From the human T2T-CHM13v2.0 reference genome, Homo sapiens: 64,000 nt of DNA. Shown here one piece after another: positions 39,211-54,419 of this stretch. The DNA lies in assembly GCF_009914755.1 (NCBI RefSeq), contig NC_060929.1; one strand, 5' to 3'. Each line of letters opens with the position of its first letter. Within the stretch, counting starts at the first letter, position 1. The notes under the pieces were generated by a model. That model ran no database searches. It was given only the letters and a program-made list of their open reading frames with translations, and was not told the origin of the DNA. The position numbers and the translations under genes are program-made.

Positions 39211-41694
39211 AATTCCTAAACTATTTCACATAGACATGTTCATTTTCATTCCCCATCTGCAGGAATGCCCTAATTTTAAAACTTTCTTTCATTGGGAGAT
39301 GATGCTAGAGGCTGAATGTGGTCAGGAAATTGTTCAGGTGTAAACACCATAGACACCTTCTACTGACTATGGAAAGAATTATTTACTACAGATATAACAA
39401 TTTTAGATGTCACAACTTCATGAATGCATTTTCTTGTTTTTATTCTGTTTGAAATATTTGAAGAACATCTCCAAGAGTCCCTCCGTCTATCAGTGATTCT
39501 CTGTCATTTCAGTGCTAAAACTTAAAAATACATCACCTTTGGAGGAGACGAAGAAATGTATCTCAAGATGGATGCCATCATTTGGGCTGTGATTGATTTT
39601 TTAAAATAACAGTCATCACTTTTGGTGCTCCTTTAATTTGATGGTGGATTAGTATTGTTTGACCAGATGATAGTAACTATCAATCTACTTTGCCTCCTGT
39701 GACTAAAATGCTTTCTCACCTCTAGTAGGTTGGGGTCAATACTACGCCCACATAATCAGACCCAGTTTACTAAACAATAGTTCCAATTAAAAATTATTTG
39801 ACTTGGGGAGAAAAAAGAAAACTCATAAATAAGCCTTCTGGGTCAGTATTCCATTTGTTCAAAGTATGAATTCCATGAGCTTGATAGCCAATCATTGTAC
39901 TTAAAAGCCTGAGAAAGTAGCCTATTGATTTGGAAATTAAACATCTGCCAATAACTTCAAGGTACTTTATGTAACAAAATGATAAAAATATGTTTTAGTC
40001 ATTTAATTTGAATCACACATCAAGTACATATTACTCATTGTGTAAGTTTTAATCTATTCAATAAAAAATCACAAAAAAATAAATGAGTTCTGTAGGACAT
40101 TGGTAATTTTTTTAAAAAGCAGGTTTACAAATACATTTATCTCTATTTCTTGTGGGCATGATTTTGAAGGTCAGGAAATATGGCTTACCTAGTGTTACGT
40201 TTTATAAATGTAGAATATGTGATCTATACCAATAAATTACTAGAACTCGTTAATATTTTTGTAAACCAACACAATAGTAAACATGTTATTCTCTAACAGT
40301 GGCCCATTAAAGTTTAGTACATATTCATCCTTGTAGCTAAGGATATGGTGATCAGGGATGACAAATACTTCTATGAGCAGGAGAGGTACTTTGACTAAAG
40401 TCTAAAGATACCCACTAGAATGCGGTGGCAGATAAAATGAGAATTTTGAATGTAGTATTTGTGTTTCTCTATTCTATTTTCATTTTAGGTGATGCATATA
40501 AAAATACTAAGTTATATGTAAATCCAAGGAAGTTCTGACTTGCATAATCTCAAAGGACCTGAGAATCTATAGTCATTGAGAAAATAATTGTTGGGTGCAT
40601 TCGGTTATCTTTTTTGTTTTATTCTCCCATCACTCTGCTATTTCTCCAGTTGGAAGTTATCTATGTATAATTACATCTTGAGTGAAAAATAATTGTAATA
40701 CTTCTCACTGGTTTTTACAAGTGAGCTTTTTTCTCTAATAAGTAATATTTTTTCATTTCATCTAGCCGCTGGGTATAGCAAGAAGGAAATCAAAGCATGA
40801 TTTTAAACATTAATAAAGTAGAAAAAAATAAAATTGATAAACATTAAAAGTTGTGAAAGAAACATGAAGATCATTATCCAAATTTAGAAAAGCAAGAATT
40901 CTGAAACAACTTTTAATAAGAACAGCAGAAAAGGGAAATATCTTATAATTTTAGAATTCTTTACATATTCTCTCTCCCTGTTTCTCTTACCCTCTTTGTT
41001 TCTCTCTTATTCCCACCAAAGGCTTTGTGAATTTCTGATAACCTTTAAATCTAATATTTACTCATCAAATAAAACTTTAATATTTACCATTGCTGGATGA
41101 ATCAGTAACTTGTCAGTATCTTTGTAATGTTTCTAAAAAATACCTGCGTAGTGCTCACTAATGATAAATGAGAAAACAGAAGAAAGATATTTTTTAGGAG
41201 ATACTTGGCTAAGATATATACGTTGTCCCAAGTATTCCTAGTGAAGAAACACTGCTTGAAACTGTTCAAAAATCTTTGAAATAAAGCCATTAACTCTAGC
41301 TGCATTCAGTGTATCTGTAGACATTGGACCCGGAGTGGAATGGTAGAATTAGCCTTTATTGCTGGTTGACATCCTTCATACTAGAGATACCATCATGGGC
41401 CCTTTATCATGGGAAATAGCAACATTCAATGGCAGGTATATTCAGTGCACCTTTGAGGAAAACTGAGCAACTCAGGATTGTGTTGTGGGCCCTGGTCATA
41501 CTTCATGTGTACAGATGTCTGTCTTCTGAGGAAAATTTAAGCTATGACCCTTTTCATATCTAAAATGAAAGGAACTAAAGGAATTGAAGATTGGCTTACG
41601 CAGGGCCAAGTTTGGTTGTATTTGAGAAAAGCATATTGTGTTTCATTTTCTCTCATGAGAAAACTGAAGTTTTAAAAATTAAATACTGCTAAAA

Positions 41695-41945
41695 TTAGCA
41701 TACTTTAGTGGTTAAGAGTTTAGATCTGGGTGTGAATTATAGAAATGTTTCCTCATTGTTATATGACCTTGGGCAAAATATTGAATCTCTGAGAACTTTT
41801 GTTCTCTCATCTTCAAAATGATTATAATGATTATGTAGTGATGATTATAACCAATTCATTGAGTTAGTGTGAGGATTAAGTGAGACAAACTTGTAGAACA
41901 CAATTCCTAGATCATAGAAATATTAGAAAAATATAAATTACTATT
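41695..41945 (+). mobile_element. MIR
   Basis: 'tagtggttaagag...tgaccttgggcaaa...gtgaggattaagtgaga'. Confidence 0.75.
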
Positions 41946-42463
41946 TTTAACTCAAGGAACATCTAATTTTTCAGCCTTCTGGGGTCAGTACTAGTTTTCT
42001 TTTCCCTATTGAGTCATTGGAATCATCATGCAGTATGACTTCTACAAATGTGACCTCCTCTTGAGTATTTGGAGGGCCTTGGGGTGGTACTAGAATTGGT
42101 ATTCTAGCAGGGGAGGTTGTGGAAGCTGCTTGAACATCTTGGGGCCTTGCAGCTCTCTGTATCTCTTGGCCCTCAAATGTATTCACAACTTCTACTCTTC
42201 TACTCCAAGGCTAGCTAAGACAAAGCTGACTGTAATTTGAATGATGCCAAAATTTACTCAAGAGTTGAATACACAGGAAGAGGGTAACACAGAAAGGCAA
42301 ACTTAAATTTGGGTATTAGACATCTTTGCTCTCAAAAAGGTTCTAGCTCACTGCCTCTCTCACCTGACCCTCAGCCTGTCATGAGAGCTTCTCCTCATCA
42401 GATAGACAGTAGCTTCTTCCTTCCCCCAAACCCCTATTCCAGCTTCATGAGAAAACCTATGTA

Positions 42464-42796
42464 CATTTGGCCCTTTGCATCTGTGTATTCCACATCCATA
42501 GATTCAACCAACTGTGAATTGAAAATACTGCAGGAAAAAAAGAATGGTTACATCTGTACTGAACACGTATAGACTATTTTTTCTTGTTACATTAGGGAAC
42601 AATGTTAACTGTTTACATATCATTTACATTGTATTAGGTATTTTAGGAATCTAGAGATAATTAAAACTATACAGGAGGATGTGTGTAGGTTATATACTGA
42701 TACACCATTTTATATAAAGGGACATGAGCATCCTTGGATTTGGGTATCCGCCAAGGGTCCTGGAACCATTCCTCCATGGATACTGAGGGAAGATTG
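42464..42796. mobile_element. MER2 (TcMar-Tigger) non-autonomous DNA transposon
   Basis: TA target duplications; 'gattcaaccaac', 'catttacattgtattaggtat', 'gggtcctggaacc...ggatactgaggga'. Confidence 0.85.
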
Positions 42797-44919
42797 TATC
42801 TGCAGAAATTTAGCCTAAATACTTAATCGATTACTCTGGAATATTTGCTATTAGAATATATCATGGTCCTAGCTGTTTCTACTATCCTAAGGTAGTATTT
42901 GTACAAATGAAAGGTTATTTGGGTGATCTTCCTAAATTAAGCATCTACCCAAAGTGATTTCCTATTATCTTCATTAAAAACTGCAAACAATTAAGTTTCT
43001 TTTCTCCTACAAAGATTTCTGCCTCACCTGGGATCCCGATATTCTTAGTAGCAGACACAATGGTAATCACTTTTCTTATAAATTAATTTTTGTTAAAGTT
43101 TGTCAAGAATTTATAAAAGACTGCACGTAGTAGGTAGCACTTGCCCTGGAGGCTAGATACACCCCCACCCTTACACCTCCAACCCACAAATCAAAACCAC
43201 ATTCAGAGAAATAACTTTTGAGATTTAGAAAAACGAATGGGTTTGGAGTAGCAAATGGGTATCAGCTATATATATTTCAAAAGAGCAGATGGCAGCCCTC
43301 CAGCAATTCTGGCTTGCCCTACACGGAGTAGCCCCCTACTCAAAATTAGAAACTCTTTCACCACAGCTGCCTGAATTTCTCTCTTCCGTTTTTTGGATAA
43401 CTAGACTCCTCTTTTGGAAGAGATAATGCTGATGGAATATCTGCCATCATAACTGAGTGTGAATTAAGGGAAAAATAGATCGTCTGTCTCAACAGATGAT
43501 GGCTTGTGCTGGGTTGGAAAGGTAGATCATGTAGATTGCTTTGGGAAAGGACAACATGCCTGGGCACTGGAAAGAGGAAGGGGAATTTTTTTTTTTTTAT
43601 CTAACTATAGGATTGGCCGCTAGCAAAATTGTGAAGTAGGTGAGATTTGGTTTTGGGGTATCCTCTCGCCATCTCACCAGAATTCAGCTTTCAGTGCCTC
43701 CCTTTGCCAGATTTTTTACCTCTAGTATCTCTCTTCTGTCATTTTCTGCACACATCTACTTTCTAGCTTAATATTTGGAATCTAAACAACTCAGAATCCT
43801 TAATAGAATCCTTTCTAGGAAATGAATGTCTCATTTCTGCTGGGCTTGCAGACTTCTGAGGTAGCACCAGTGTCCAAGTAGAAGGCAGTCTATATTCTTA
43901 AGGGAATTTTCTTTTTTAAAAGGAAACCTCATTTCTACTGGTAGGCCAGAGATAGTAGTATACCCTGGAATGGACAAGAAAATTGGAAACTGGACTTATC
44001 CCAGGCACATAGGCAGAAACTGATGTCGTCAGATCCTTGTGCTGCTTATTCCTTTTTGTTCTCATTCCATAACTCTTTCTCTGTTCCTATATTAATCTCG
44101 GGTCAGAAATAGGCCTACTTAAATTTTAGTACCTTGAGAGCCTGTTCTTCCTAACAGAAATTTGCATAACAAAAATTATTGCAATGGGGTTCTTATATTG
44201 ATAAATCTTTCAAAATAGAGATGCTGACTCCTTTGAAACAGTAAAGCACATACTACACATATTCAATATAATTAAAAGAAGTAAAATCCATAGAATCAGG
44301 ATCTAAGCCAGTCCCCTTGACAAGTCACTTTCATATAAAGACTTACCGTTTAATGTCGTTCTTTTAAGAAAGATGTATTAGTGAGAAATGGTGGTGGGGG
44401 GAACCACAATCCAGAGCAAAAGCAGTGAAATGATTGAAGATGCATTCTTCAATCTGTAGGGTTTAGTAGGATTACTTAGGCTAGAGAAAAATCCATGAAG
44501 GTCATAATGACATTTTTATCATTTTAGACTCATGTATGCCATTTTTTATGTTGTCTTTCCAATACACATTAAATTTTTAAAGAGTGAGTGTTACTTTAAA
44601 AAGCAATGATTTAAAAATTTATCAGTTCTACCTTTCTGTAGTTTAATAAGAATTTTTACCTCCATCATTTAGAAATCAACCAAGGATTTGTTTTTGAAAC
44701 TGCTAATGTGCTTTCTACAGGTGAAAAGTAACAGGTTTGTACCAATGTATTTTTAGCTTCTAAGAATGTACAGCTAATCAGCAATAAATGAAAAGAGTGT
44801 CAAGCTGATGTGACATACATACAACATATCAAGTAAGCTAAGCATTCTCTATTTTTCAGAAGTTATGGAAATGTTTGCTTGGAAAACTGATAAACGATCT
44901 TGAGCAATAATAAAATAAT

Positions 44920-45605
<686 letters not shown>

Positions 45606-45933
45606 GATATTCCATACTTTCGTCTTTACACCTATATTAGCACATCTTCAGAAAATAGGTAGTTTCAGGTCAGCCATGAACTATGATAGCACACTGAATT
45701 TCATACATTAAAATACTAATACTGATCTGCACAATAGGAGAACACATTTTAAGTGAAACTGGGATTATGAAATATGTGAAAACAGGGATCACTTTTAAAG
45801 ACTGCTACAAAGGCCATTGGTAGCTCCTCACTGATTGTGCTTAGATACACGTTGGTGGCTGTTATTCAAGTCAGGAGAGAAATCAAGACCATAGACAACT
45901 GAGGGGTAGGGAGATATTTTTCTGTCTTTCCCT

Positions 45934-46237
45934 GTTTTGTGTGTTTGTTTGCTTTTTTGACAGAGTCTTGTTCTGTTGCCCAGACTGGAGTGCAGTGGCG
46001 TGATCTCTGTTCACTGCAAACCTTTTCCTCCTGGGTTCAAGCGATTCTCCTTCCTCAGCCTCCTGAGTAGCTGGGACTACAGGCGCATGCCACCATGTCC
46101 GGCTAATTTTTTGTATTTTTGGTAGAAACGGGGTTTCACCGTGTTAGCCAGGATGGTCTCAATCTCCTGACCTCGTGATCCGTCCACCTCGGCCTCCCTA
46201 AGTGCTGGGATTACAGGCTTGAGCCACTGTGCCCAGC
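45934..46237 (-). mobile_element. AluSc-like
   Basis: Reverse Alu with 'gtgttagccaggatggtctcaatctcctgacctcgtgatcc'. Confidence 0.93.
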
Positions 46238-47379
46238 TTTTTCCCCTTCTCTTTAAGTCTACATTAAGAATCAGTGTAGAGCCACATTCAAGAAAAACAC
46301 TGCCCTTTGATTGTTTGTTTGTTTGTTTGTTTTAATGCATAGGTAGTCATCTTTCCCCCACCAAAATAGAACTTGGGAATATGAATGTGTTCTTTTAAGA
46401 AGGAAAACAGTTCCTACCTACTGTGAGTTATTGGAGGGAGAGAAGCAGAGAGAGAAATCAGAACTGGGTGGTGGGAGAAGGAACAAATAGAGGAAAGGGA
46501 GGCAGGAGGAGAGGACTTAGGAGTTACTGAGTCCGACTGGTCACTGTGGAGTAGATGGTTGGACTTGACCCTCTGACCCTACTTCTTGACCACTGCAGGG
46601 TCCTTGTGGTCTTCCTCCAGCATCAGGCTGTACTAGGACAAGGGTCAGATCTCTGGGAGGGCTCCTAAAGGGCAAGAGCTTCTCTGTAATTGTTGCAAGC
46701 TCTAAGAAAATTGCTCACTTAACCTTCGATCTCCCAAAACCTCACTTTCACCCTTCTTCCACGCTCACTCCTTGTCTGTTCTGTACTTGTCCCTTTGTCT
46801 GTAATATTCCTTCTTATATAACTTTTAACCCAAAGCATTAAACTTCCACTCAAAGACTCCCCTGACCTCCCACTCATAACACTGAAGTATGGTGTATTCC
46901 CTCTTCCCTTTTTTACAAAGCCTGTGACCTTCTTCTAGGGCCTAGTCACTGTGTTTTATAATTATGTATAGACTTGTCTATCTCGACGAATAAACTCTAA
47001 GCCCTAGGATGTGCATGAATGATGTCTTTTATGCTCATTCTTGTCCCTCTGAAGTGTCTTCCTCATCATAAAATTGATGGTCAGAAAATAATGACAAAAT
47101 ATAAAATAACTAGGAATTGAACATGAACTAGGGAAGCGGGAGAAAGGCCAGGAGATAGCCACTGTTGGACTGGCTGTTATTCATGGACTGCTTCCCATCC
47201 TGTATCCCTTTCTCTCTCATGCTCCTTCCCAGATGCTAGTGCTCATGCCTTATTAAAAGATGGCGTCCTTGTGTTCATGTCCAACCTACTAAGCCCACTC
47301 TCGAGGTTTTAAATGATCTTTGCTTTTATCTTCTCTTACTCATCTCTAGATATTCTATTCCCTCTAACCTGTATCCCCC

Positions 47380-47641
47380 TTTTAAGAGATGAGATTTCAT
47401 TCTGTCACCCAGGCTGGAGTGCCATGATGCCATCACAGCTCACTGCATCCTCCACCTCCCAGGCTCGCTAGTAGCTGGGACTACAAGTGTGCCACAACAT
47501 CCAGCTAATTTTTAAATTTTTTGTAGGGATGGAGTCTCCCTGTGTTGGCAAGGTTGGTCTTAAACTCTTGAGCTCAGGTGATCCGTCCTTCTTGGCCTCC
47601 CAAAATGCTGGGATTATAGGCCTGAGCTGCTGTGCCTGGCC
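47380..47641 (-). mobile_element. AluJ with an internal deletion
   Basis: 'catcacagctcactgca' (J-type); lacks the 'aagcgatcctcctgcctcagcctcc' segment near 47466. Confidence 0.9.
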
Positions 47642-49363
47642 TAACCAGTACCCGTTGGTCCATGCATCATGAACTCCTTAGAGTTCCTGTAAAAGGGCTG
47701 TGCGCACTCTGCCTAGGTCCCCTGGCTTCCCATATTCTTTTTGCTTGAAATACTTGCATTGTTCTCTCTTCTCATTCTTTTACCTTCCAGCATCTATTAA
47801 ATCTTCAATACTTCCATCTGATTTCCTCTGTCACCTCTAGACTATCGTTATAGCTATCAATGTAGGTATAATTGGTTTGCATATTTTCTCCCTAACCAAA
47901 CTGAGTAGTGCATGGGGCAGGACTAGAATCTTCCTCTTCCCACTTAGCACAGCTCCAGCATTCCCAGTTGACACACTCTAATTGCCTGTTGAATAAAGGA
48001 ATGGCTTTTTCCTTCTCCTGTCTTCTTTGGTAGAAAGCCCTTCCAATATCTGAATGAATCTGCCATCCCTGGAGCACAAGTCTATAGAGATCATTTAGAG
48101 ATGTGTGTTCAACTATATTTGTTCATTGTAATGAATCGCCCTGGGATGTCAGCAAGAGGGCTTGTGCATCTGGACAGGAGGGAGAAGTCAAGGGAAGGTC
48201 TAGTCATCTATTTTTAGTAAGATTGCCATTTCAGGGATGGAATTAAAGACTGGGTGCCTACAGGCCAGATGTGCTAAAGATTAGTTACAATCTCTCTTGG
48301 TTTTTGGAAAGAGTTCCAAATGAGACATGGAATTCAGACTGGAGCTGTATTCAGTTCACCCTGTATTCAGTTCACTCTGGAGCTGGAACTTGAAAGATAA
48401 ACTTCAGTATGAAAAAGAAACAGCAAGAAAACATACAAAAATGCTATTAGCAGCCACTCCATAGTTCTATATTATTTAATTTTGCCTTTCTATATAACTT
48501 TCTGTATTTCTACGTTCTACTTGTTTTATATCTTTCTTAGAAGATGCAACTAGAGATTTCAAACTAAGTTTTGCATGTTAAATCTAGAGTTGTAATATCT
48601 TTTTCTTCAGGAAAAAAAAAATCTTTGGAAACTTCAAGAGGCTTATAAAAACTTTCTATAAAGAATTAGATGATTAGTTGCATGTAATGATAATTAGAAA
48701 TCCAGACATGTAATTTATGGGTTTGGCCTTTTAGAAATTAGACTTTATACTGTTTCACTTTTATAACTATAAGCTTGGACAGATGCAGCAAAATGCAGCA
48801 TGCCACAAACACCACTAGACCTTGACTGGGTGCCCAGAGGTCTTGGCTGAATGTGAATTAACTAGCTTTGTAAAGGATGACTATTTACATGTACTGTAAC
48901 CTTTGATTTCTTCAATTTGTAGAATTGTGCTAAGTGAATAGTCCCTAAGATATCTTCAGTATTTTAGAAAGGTACAAATAGCTTGAACCAAAGAAAAAAT
49001 TGGGGAAAAATGTTAGATATCAGACAAATGACCACCAATGGTAACACACATTGCATTTTAAAATGTAAAGCTAGCTTTGTTCCTTGTTTGATATGAGTGG
49101 GAAATTAATGAGAGGGAGAAGCCACTGGAAAAGAGACTATTGAGCATATACCAGTGTGTTAGCTGACAGATCCTCCACAAAGTATGTTTATATGTTTTCT
49201 CATTTGACCCATGTAAGGCAGGGGGGGTAGGTGTCAGTATGCCCATTGGCAGACTGGAAAACAAGTATTTATATGTTAGCACGTGTGTATATACATATAT
49301 GCCTGTACATATATATATATATTAGCATGTTTCTCTTCACCTACTATGCAGTCTATTCTCTGA

Positions 49364-49724
<361 letters not shown>

Positions 49725-49853
49725 AGCATCTGGTAGAATCTTAATCAATATTTGTTCAATGAGTAAATGGTTAAATGGATGATGTACTGATAACTTGTTG
49801 GCTTTGGAAATTAGCTTTATCTCAAAGTACAAAATCACATTTCTATGAGTGTC

Positions 49854-50705
49854 TTTTTAATTGAGGTAAAATTTACATAACATGAAATTCACCATTTTTG
49901 AAGTGAACCTTCCAATGACATTTAGTTCATACGTTTCCAGTATTTTGCACCCACCACATCTCTCTAGTTCTAAAACATTTTCCTCACCCCGAAAGGAAAG
50001 CCTGTACCCATTAAGCAGTTGCTCTCCACTATTCTCTGCCTCTGCTAACAACCAATCTGCATTCTGTCTTCCCATTGCTTTATCCATTCAGGATATTCTA
50101 GATGTAAACGGAATTATACAGTACATGATATTTGTGTCTGGCTGCTTTCACTCAGCATAATGTTTCTGAGGTTCTTCCACACTGTAGCATGTATCAATTC
50201 TTCACTCACATTATAACCTGAATACATGCTGAACAATATCTCATTGCATGTACTTACTACGGTTTGCTTACTCATTCATCCACTAATGTGTACTTGGGCT
50301 ATTTTCAGCTTTTTTCTTTTGTGAATAGTTCTGCTATCAATGTGTGTGTGAATATGTATGTGTTTTAGTACCTGTTTTATTTTTGTTGTTGTTGTTGTTG
50401 GGTATATACTTAACAGTGTAACTACTAGGTAATATGGTAATCCTCTGTTTAACTTTTTGAGAAAACACCGAACTGTTTTCCACGGTGGCTGAAGCATTTT
50501 ATTTTCCCACTGGGAACGTATGAAGGTTCTGGTTCCTCCATATCCTTGCCAACACTTATTTTCTTTGTCTTTTTAAAAATTTTAGCATCCTTGATGGTAT
50601 GAAGTGATAGATTATTGTGGTTCAGATTTGCATTTGCCTAATGACTAATGATCCTGAGCATATTTTCAAGTGGTGGCTGGTCATTTCCATGAGATTTTAT
50701 AGAAA
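49854..50705 (-). mobile_element. L1MB (MB7/8-like) 3' end
   Basis: 'ttgaggtaaaatttacataacatgaaattcaccattt', 'gtacccattaagcagt'; ORF 50276..50497 resembles the ORF2p C-terminus (QPPWKTV..FLKKL). Confidence 0.85.
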
Positions 50706-50829
50706 CATTAGAAGTCATTAATAAAACTCACAAAACACATTTTTTTCTATAACGAATTTTAGAGCTATTTTAGAAAATGTCATTGCTACAGATCTCATGC
50801 TTAAACCAGAATCTTAGAGTTATTTTGGA

Positions 50830-51570
50830 CATTTTCTTCAGTTCCTACCATCCTGACAAGCAGCAAGTCCTGTTACAATGCCAACATTACCTTAAATAAC
50901 TATACCTTTTTTACATTTCTATGATTGTTAGTGTAATCCAGTCCAACATGATCTATCTGTCTAACCGTTGCTTTGAATTTCATTATTTGCGTTATTTAAT
51001 CCATACTCCACACAACAGCTAGAATTTTAATGAATTCGACCATGACAGTCCACTACTTAAAACCCATCCCTTTCCTCACATCGCACTTAGAAGAAAAAAT
51101 AAAAGAAAGCTCCATGCCACAGCTTATTATTATTATTATAGGTGATAGGTATCACCTATCATTCCAACCACATATAAAACCACTCTTCTCATGGATACTG
51201 CTTTCCATCAAGTCTGGCCTTTCATCAGTTTCTAGAACATAACCTAGAGCATTTTCAGATACTGTTACATTGGCCTGTAAAATAGCTCCCAAATATCACA
51301 TGGCTAGATCCTACTATTTTTTCTTAAATGTTACCATCTTAGACAAGTTCTTGCTGGCCAGGCTGTCTAAGATGAGTTATTCTCTATTGCAACAACACAT
51401 TTATCACCTAAAGAGTATTTTTCTCCCCTTCAAATTGAACTTAACTGTATATGTACTTATTTTCTGCCTTTACATATTAGACATAAGTTCATTCATGGTG
51501 AGGATGATTTCTCTTTTTTGACCATGCTCTGCATATAGTTGATAACCTTGTTATCATTAATGAATGTGTG
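50830..51570 (+). mobile_element. L2 fragment
   Basis: 'cagcaagtcctgt', 'aatccatactccacacaacagctagaatt', tail 'taatgaatg'. Confidence 0.6.
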
Positions 51571-53319
51571 TGTATTCTTCATAAGTACAGGGATACTTGG
51601 AGTTCAGTGGGGGTTATGTATAAATGCCTGTACCTTCTTCAGAGGAAATTATTGAAAAAAAGGTTCATAACATGCTGTCAGTAAAGAGTAGTACTATATT
51701 CTGAGTGCTACATTTCTACAGAAGAACATGAGCCTCCTATTTCCCTGTCAACAATAAAATAATCCTCTTTGCAACCCATGGGCTGTACCGAGTGGCAGTG
51801 ATGTGCCAAGTAGACAGAGGGGAGGATAAAGGAGAGGAACGGAACTGGTTAAGCGGAGAACGAAAGCTCATTCTCTCTTATCATGGTCTTGGCAGAGCTT
51901 ATGTCTTGCCATTCAAGAGTCAGTACTTTATTTATTTCCACCTCTGTATCTGGTGAGCAGGCTCTAGACCTGTTGACATGAAAATCATCCATACAGCTGT
52001 GGAAGAAACATGATTAAATTGTGTTAGAATAGCTCAGCCTCTTTCTGACTAATAGAAAAGAAATAGTCTGGAGGCCATCATGGATCCCTGAAATGCCTGT
52101 AATCGGAATGCTACACTGCTGCAAATGCAAGAGGAAAACTAAGTTTATGCAAGCAGATAGAACTCAGTATTTCATGATGTCGAATTGAATGTGTTCGCTA
52201 GTTGAAAATCTAGACTTTTTTCTACTATATGATGAAAGTCTTGCTTGAACTCTATTTACTTGAACATTAATTTCCACCATATGTATATTCTAAAATTATG
52301 GGTCTTATTCCACTGCTTCCTTCTATAATAACGGCTACTTAGAGAATGTGAAAAATGTATTTGTTGTTTTCAATAGTAAGCTTACTAAATTGTCGTGTCA
52401 CCTACTCAATCCATACTTCAACAAACTAAAATAATTCCTTCTTTCCCAAATGCTTTCAAGTGCCTGATTTCAATTGATGCTCTCGACCATAACTCTGGGA
52501 TATAGGATGGGAAGGTTTAAATGAGAATGGTAGGATTTTCAGTTTTAAATTGGCAATATGGCATAGGTATTGCAGAGTCTAGTACATGAAGAAACTGTAG
52601 GGATCAAAAGACTTGGCTAAGTGTATAAGTCAGTTAAACGGTAGGCATAGAAAACTAAAATCTAGGCAGATCTCTGGAAGAGAATTTTAAGAAAACGTGT
52701 GTGTACAGGTATACGCAGAAACACATACTGAGGACTTCCAAGAAACTATTTATCTTTTTAGAACCTGAAAATACATATACGTAGATATTACAGAGATAGT
52801 TTTCTAGGATTTGGGTTAAATGTTAGCATCTTGGTTAATATAGTCTACTGAGAAAATGGTTATACTTTTTAATATCAGAAACGAAATATTTCTATGCCTT
52901 TAAATGGCTCCATAATTAGACTTCTATTTTCTTGACATTCTGTTTACCTTTAGAAGCACCTAAACTCTGTAAACTTCCAAAGGTGCAATATCATTACCAT
53001 ACTTAGTGATGTGATTTCAATCTTAAGAAATCATGCTGAAAGATACGTCTTTAGGTGTGATCCCACCTTTCTTAAGGATATTTTTTCTTCTCAAAATTTT
53101 ACACAGGTTACTTAGTCTCAGAAGTGATTTTAGATTGTATGGTCAGAACAGAAGGCTTATAGGAACACAAGTAAATCTTATAGATCTTCCAATCCCTTAA
53201 ATCCTTAATAGCATAAGTGGTTTATTTACCTTCTTTTTATACTTGATTGCTTATTTTTCTACCATTGCAGGCTAATTTGTACTTCCCTGAGACCATTTAT
53301 TTAATAATGCTATATTTTA

Positions 53320-53770
53320 GCCTTTTATTTTGATGTGATTTCAGTTTTAGAAAAAAGCTGCAAATACATATATATTCCATATGCCTTTACAGAGATTTTC
53401 CAAATTTTAACATTTTATGTAACTCCTGCACAACAAAATTATCAGAACCAGGAAATTAATATTGGAAACATTCTATTTACTAATCTCCAGGCCTTACCCA
53501 AATTTCACAAATTGTCACAGTAATGTCTTTTTTTCTGTTCTAGTTTATAATCCAGAATCCCACACTGCATTGTGTTTTCACGTCGTCGTCTTTTCTTCTA
53601 ATCTAGGGCAGTTCTTCAGCCTCTTTTTCTTGAGTCTTACAATTTTGACATGGATTCACTCGTTAATTTATAGAATGTTCCTCAATTTGTGGTTGTCTAA
53701 CATTCCTTATGATTAAAATAAGATAATGTAGCTTTGGGCAAGAATATCATAGAAGTGATTTTGTATCATC
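53320..53770 (-). mobile_element. L1MC4/5-like 3' fragment
   Basis: 'aattatcagaaccaggaaattaatattg', 'atagaatgttcctcaatttgtggttgtct', 'ggcaagaatatcatagaagtgat'. Confidence 0.65.
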
Positions 53771-53919
53771 TCTGTTTACCTAACTCCTTTCCCCAACAGT
53801 AAGTATCTGGATTACATTAACCACATACTTATTATTTTATTTTTACTTATTTAGTATTTAAAAATACGTCCTCTGGGTTTTTATATGACATTTTTCTTTT
53901 TAAGGGGAAAGAGTTGCTG

Positions 53920-54400
53920 AGGTTTTTACAACATTATTGAGATATAATTTATATGCCATATATTCACCACATTGAAGTAGACAGTTTACTGATTTTTTTC
54001 TAGTACATTCACAGAATTGTGCAGCCATCAGTATAGTTTAATTTTAGAACTTTTGTTATACCAAAAAGAAATCGCCACTTATTCTGTGGGTCCCCATTCC
54101 CATGACCTCCTTCAATCCTCAGCCACATACAATAACTGATTACTTTATATTAAAATAGATTTCCCTATTTTGAACACTTCATATGGAGGAAAATGCGTGG
54201 TTTTTGGATTCTTTCAATTAGAATAATTTCAACATTTACTCACGTCATATAGGATGTTTCAGTACTTCATTCCTTTTCATTGCTGAATAATATTCCATTG
54301 CAATTCCACTTTTTTTTTATCCATTCCTCAATTGATATTTAGGATGTTTCAGCTTTTTGACTTACGAATAATGCTGCTATGGGAGTTCATGTAAGAGGTA
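53920..54400 (-). mobile_element. L1MB 3' end
   Basis: 'tattgagatataatttatatgccata', 'acattcacagaattgtgcagccatca', 'attgctgaataatattccattg'. Confidence 0.8.
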
Positions 54401-54419
54401 CTCTTTTTTTTTTCCCATT

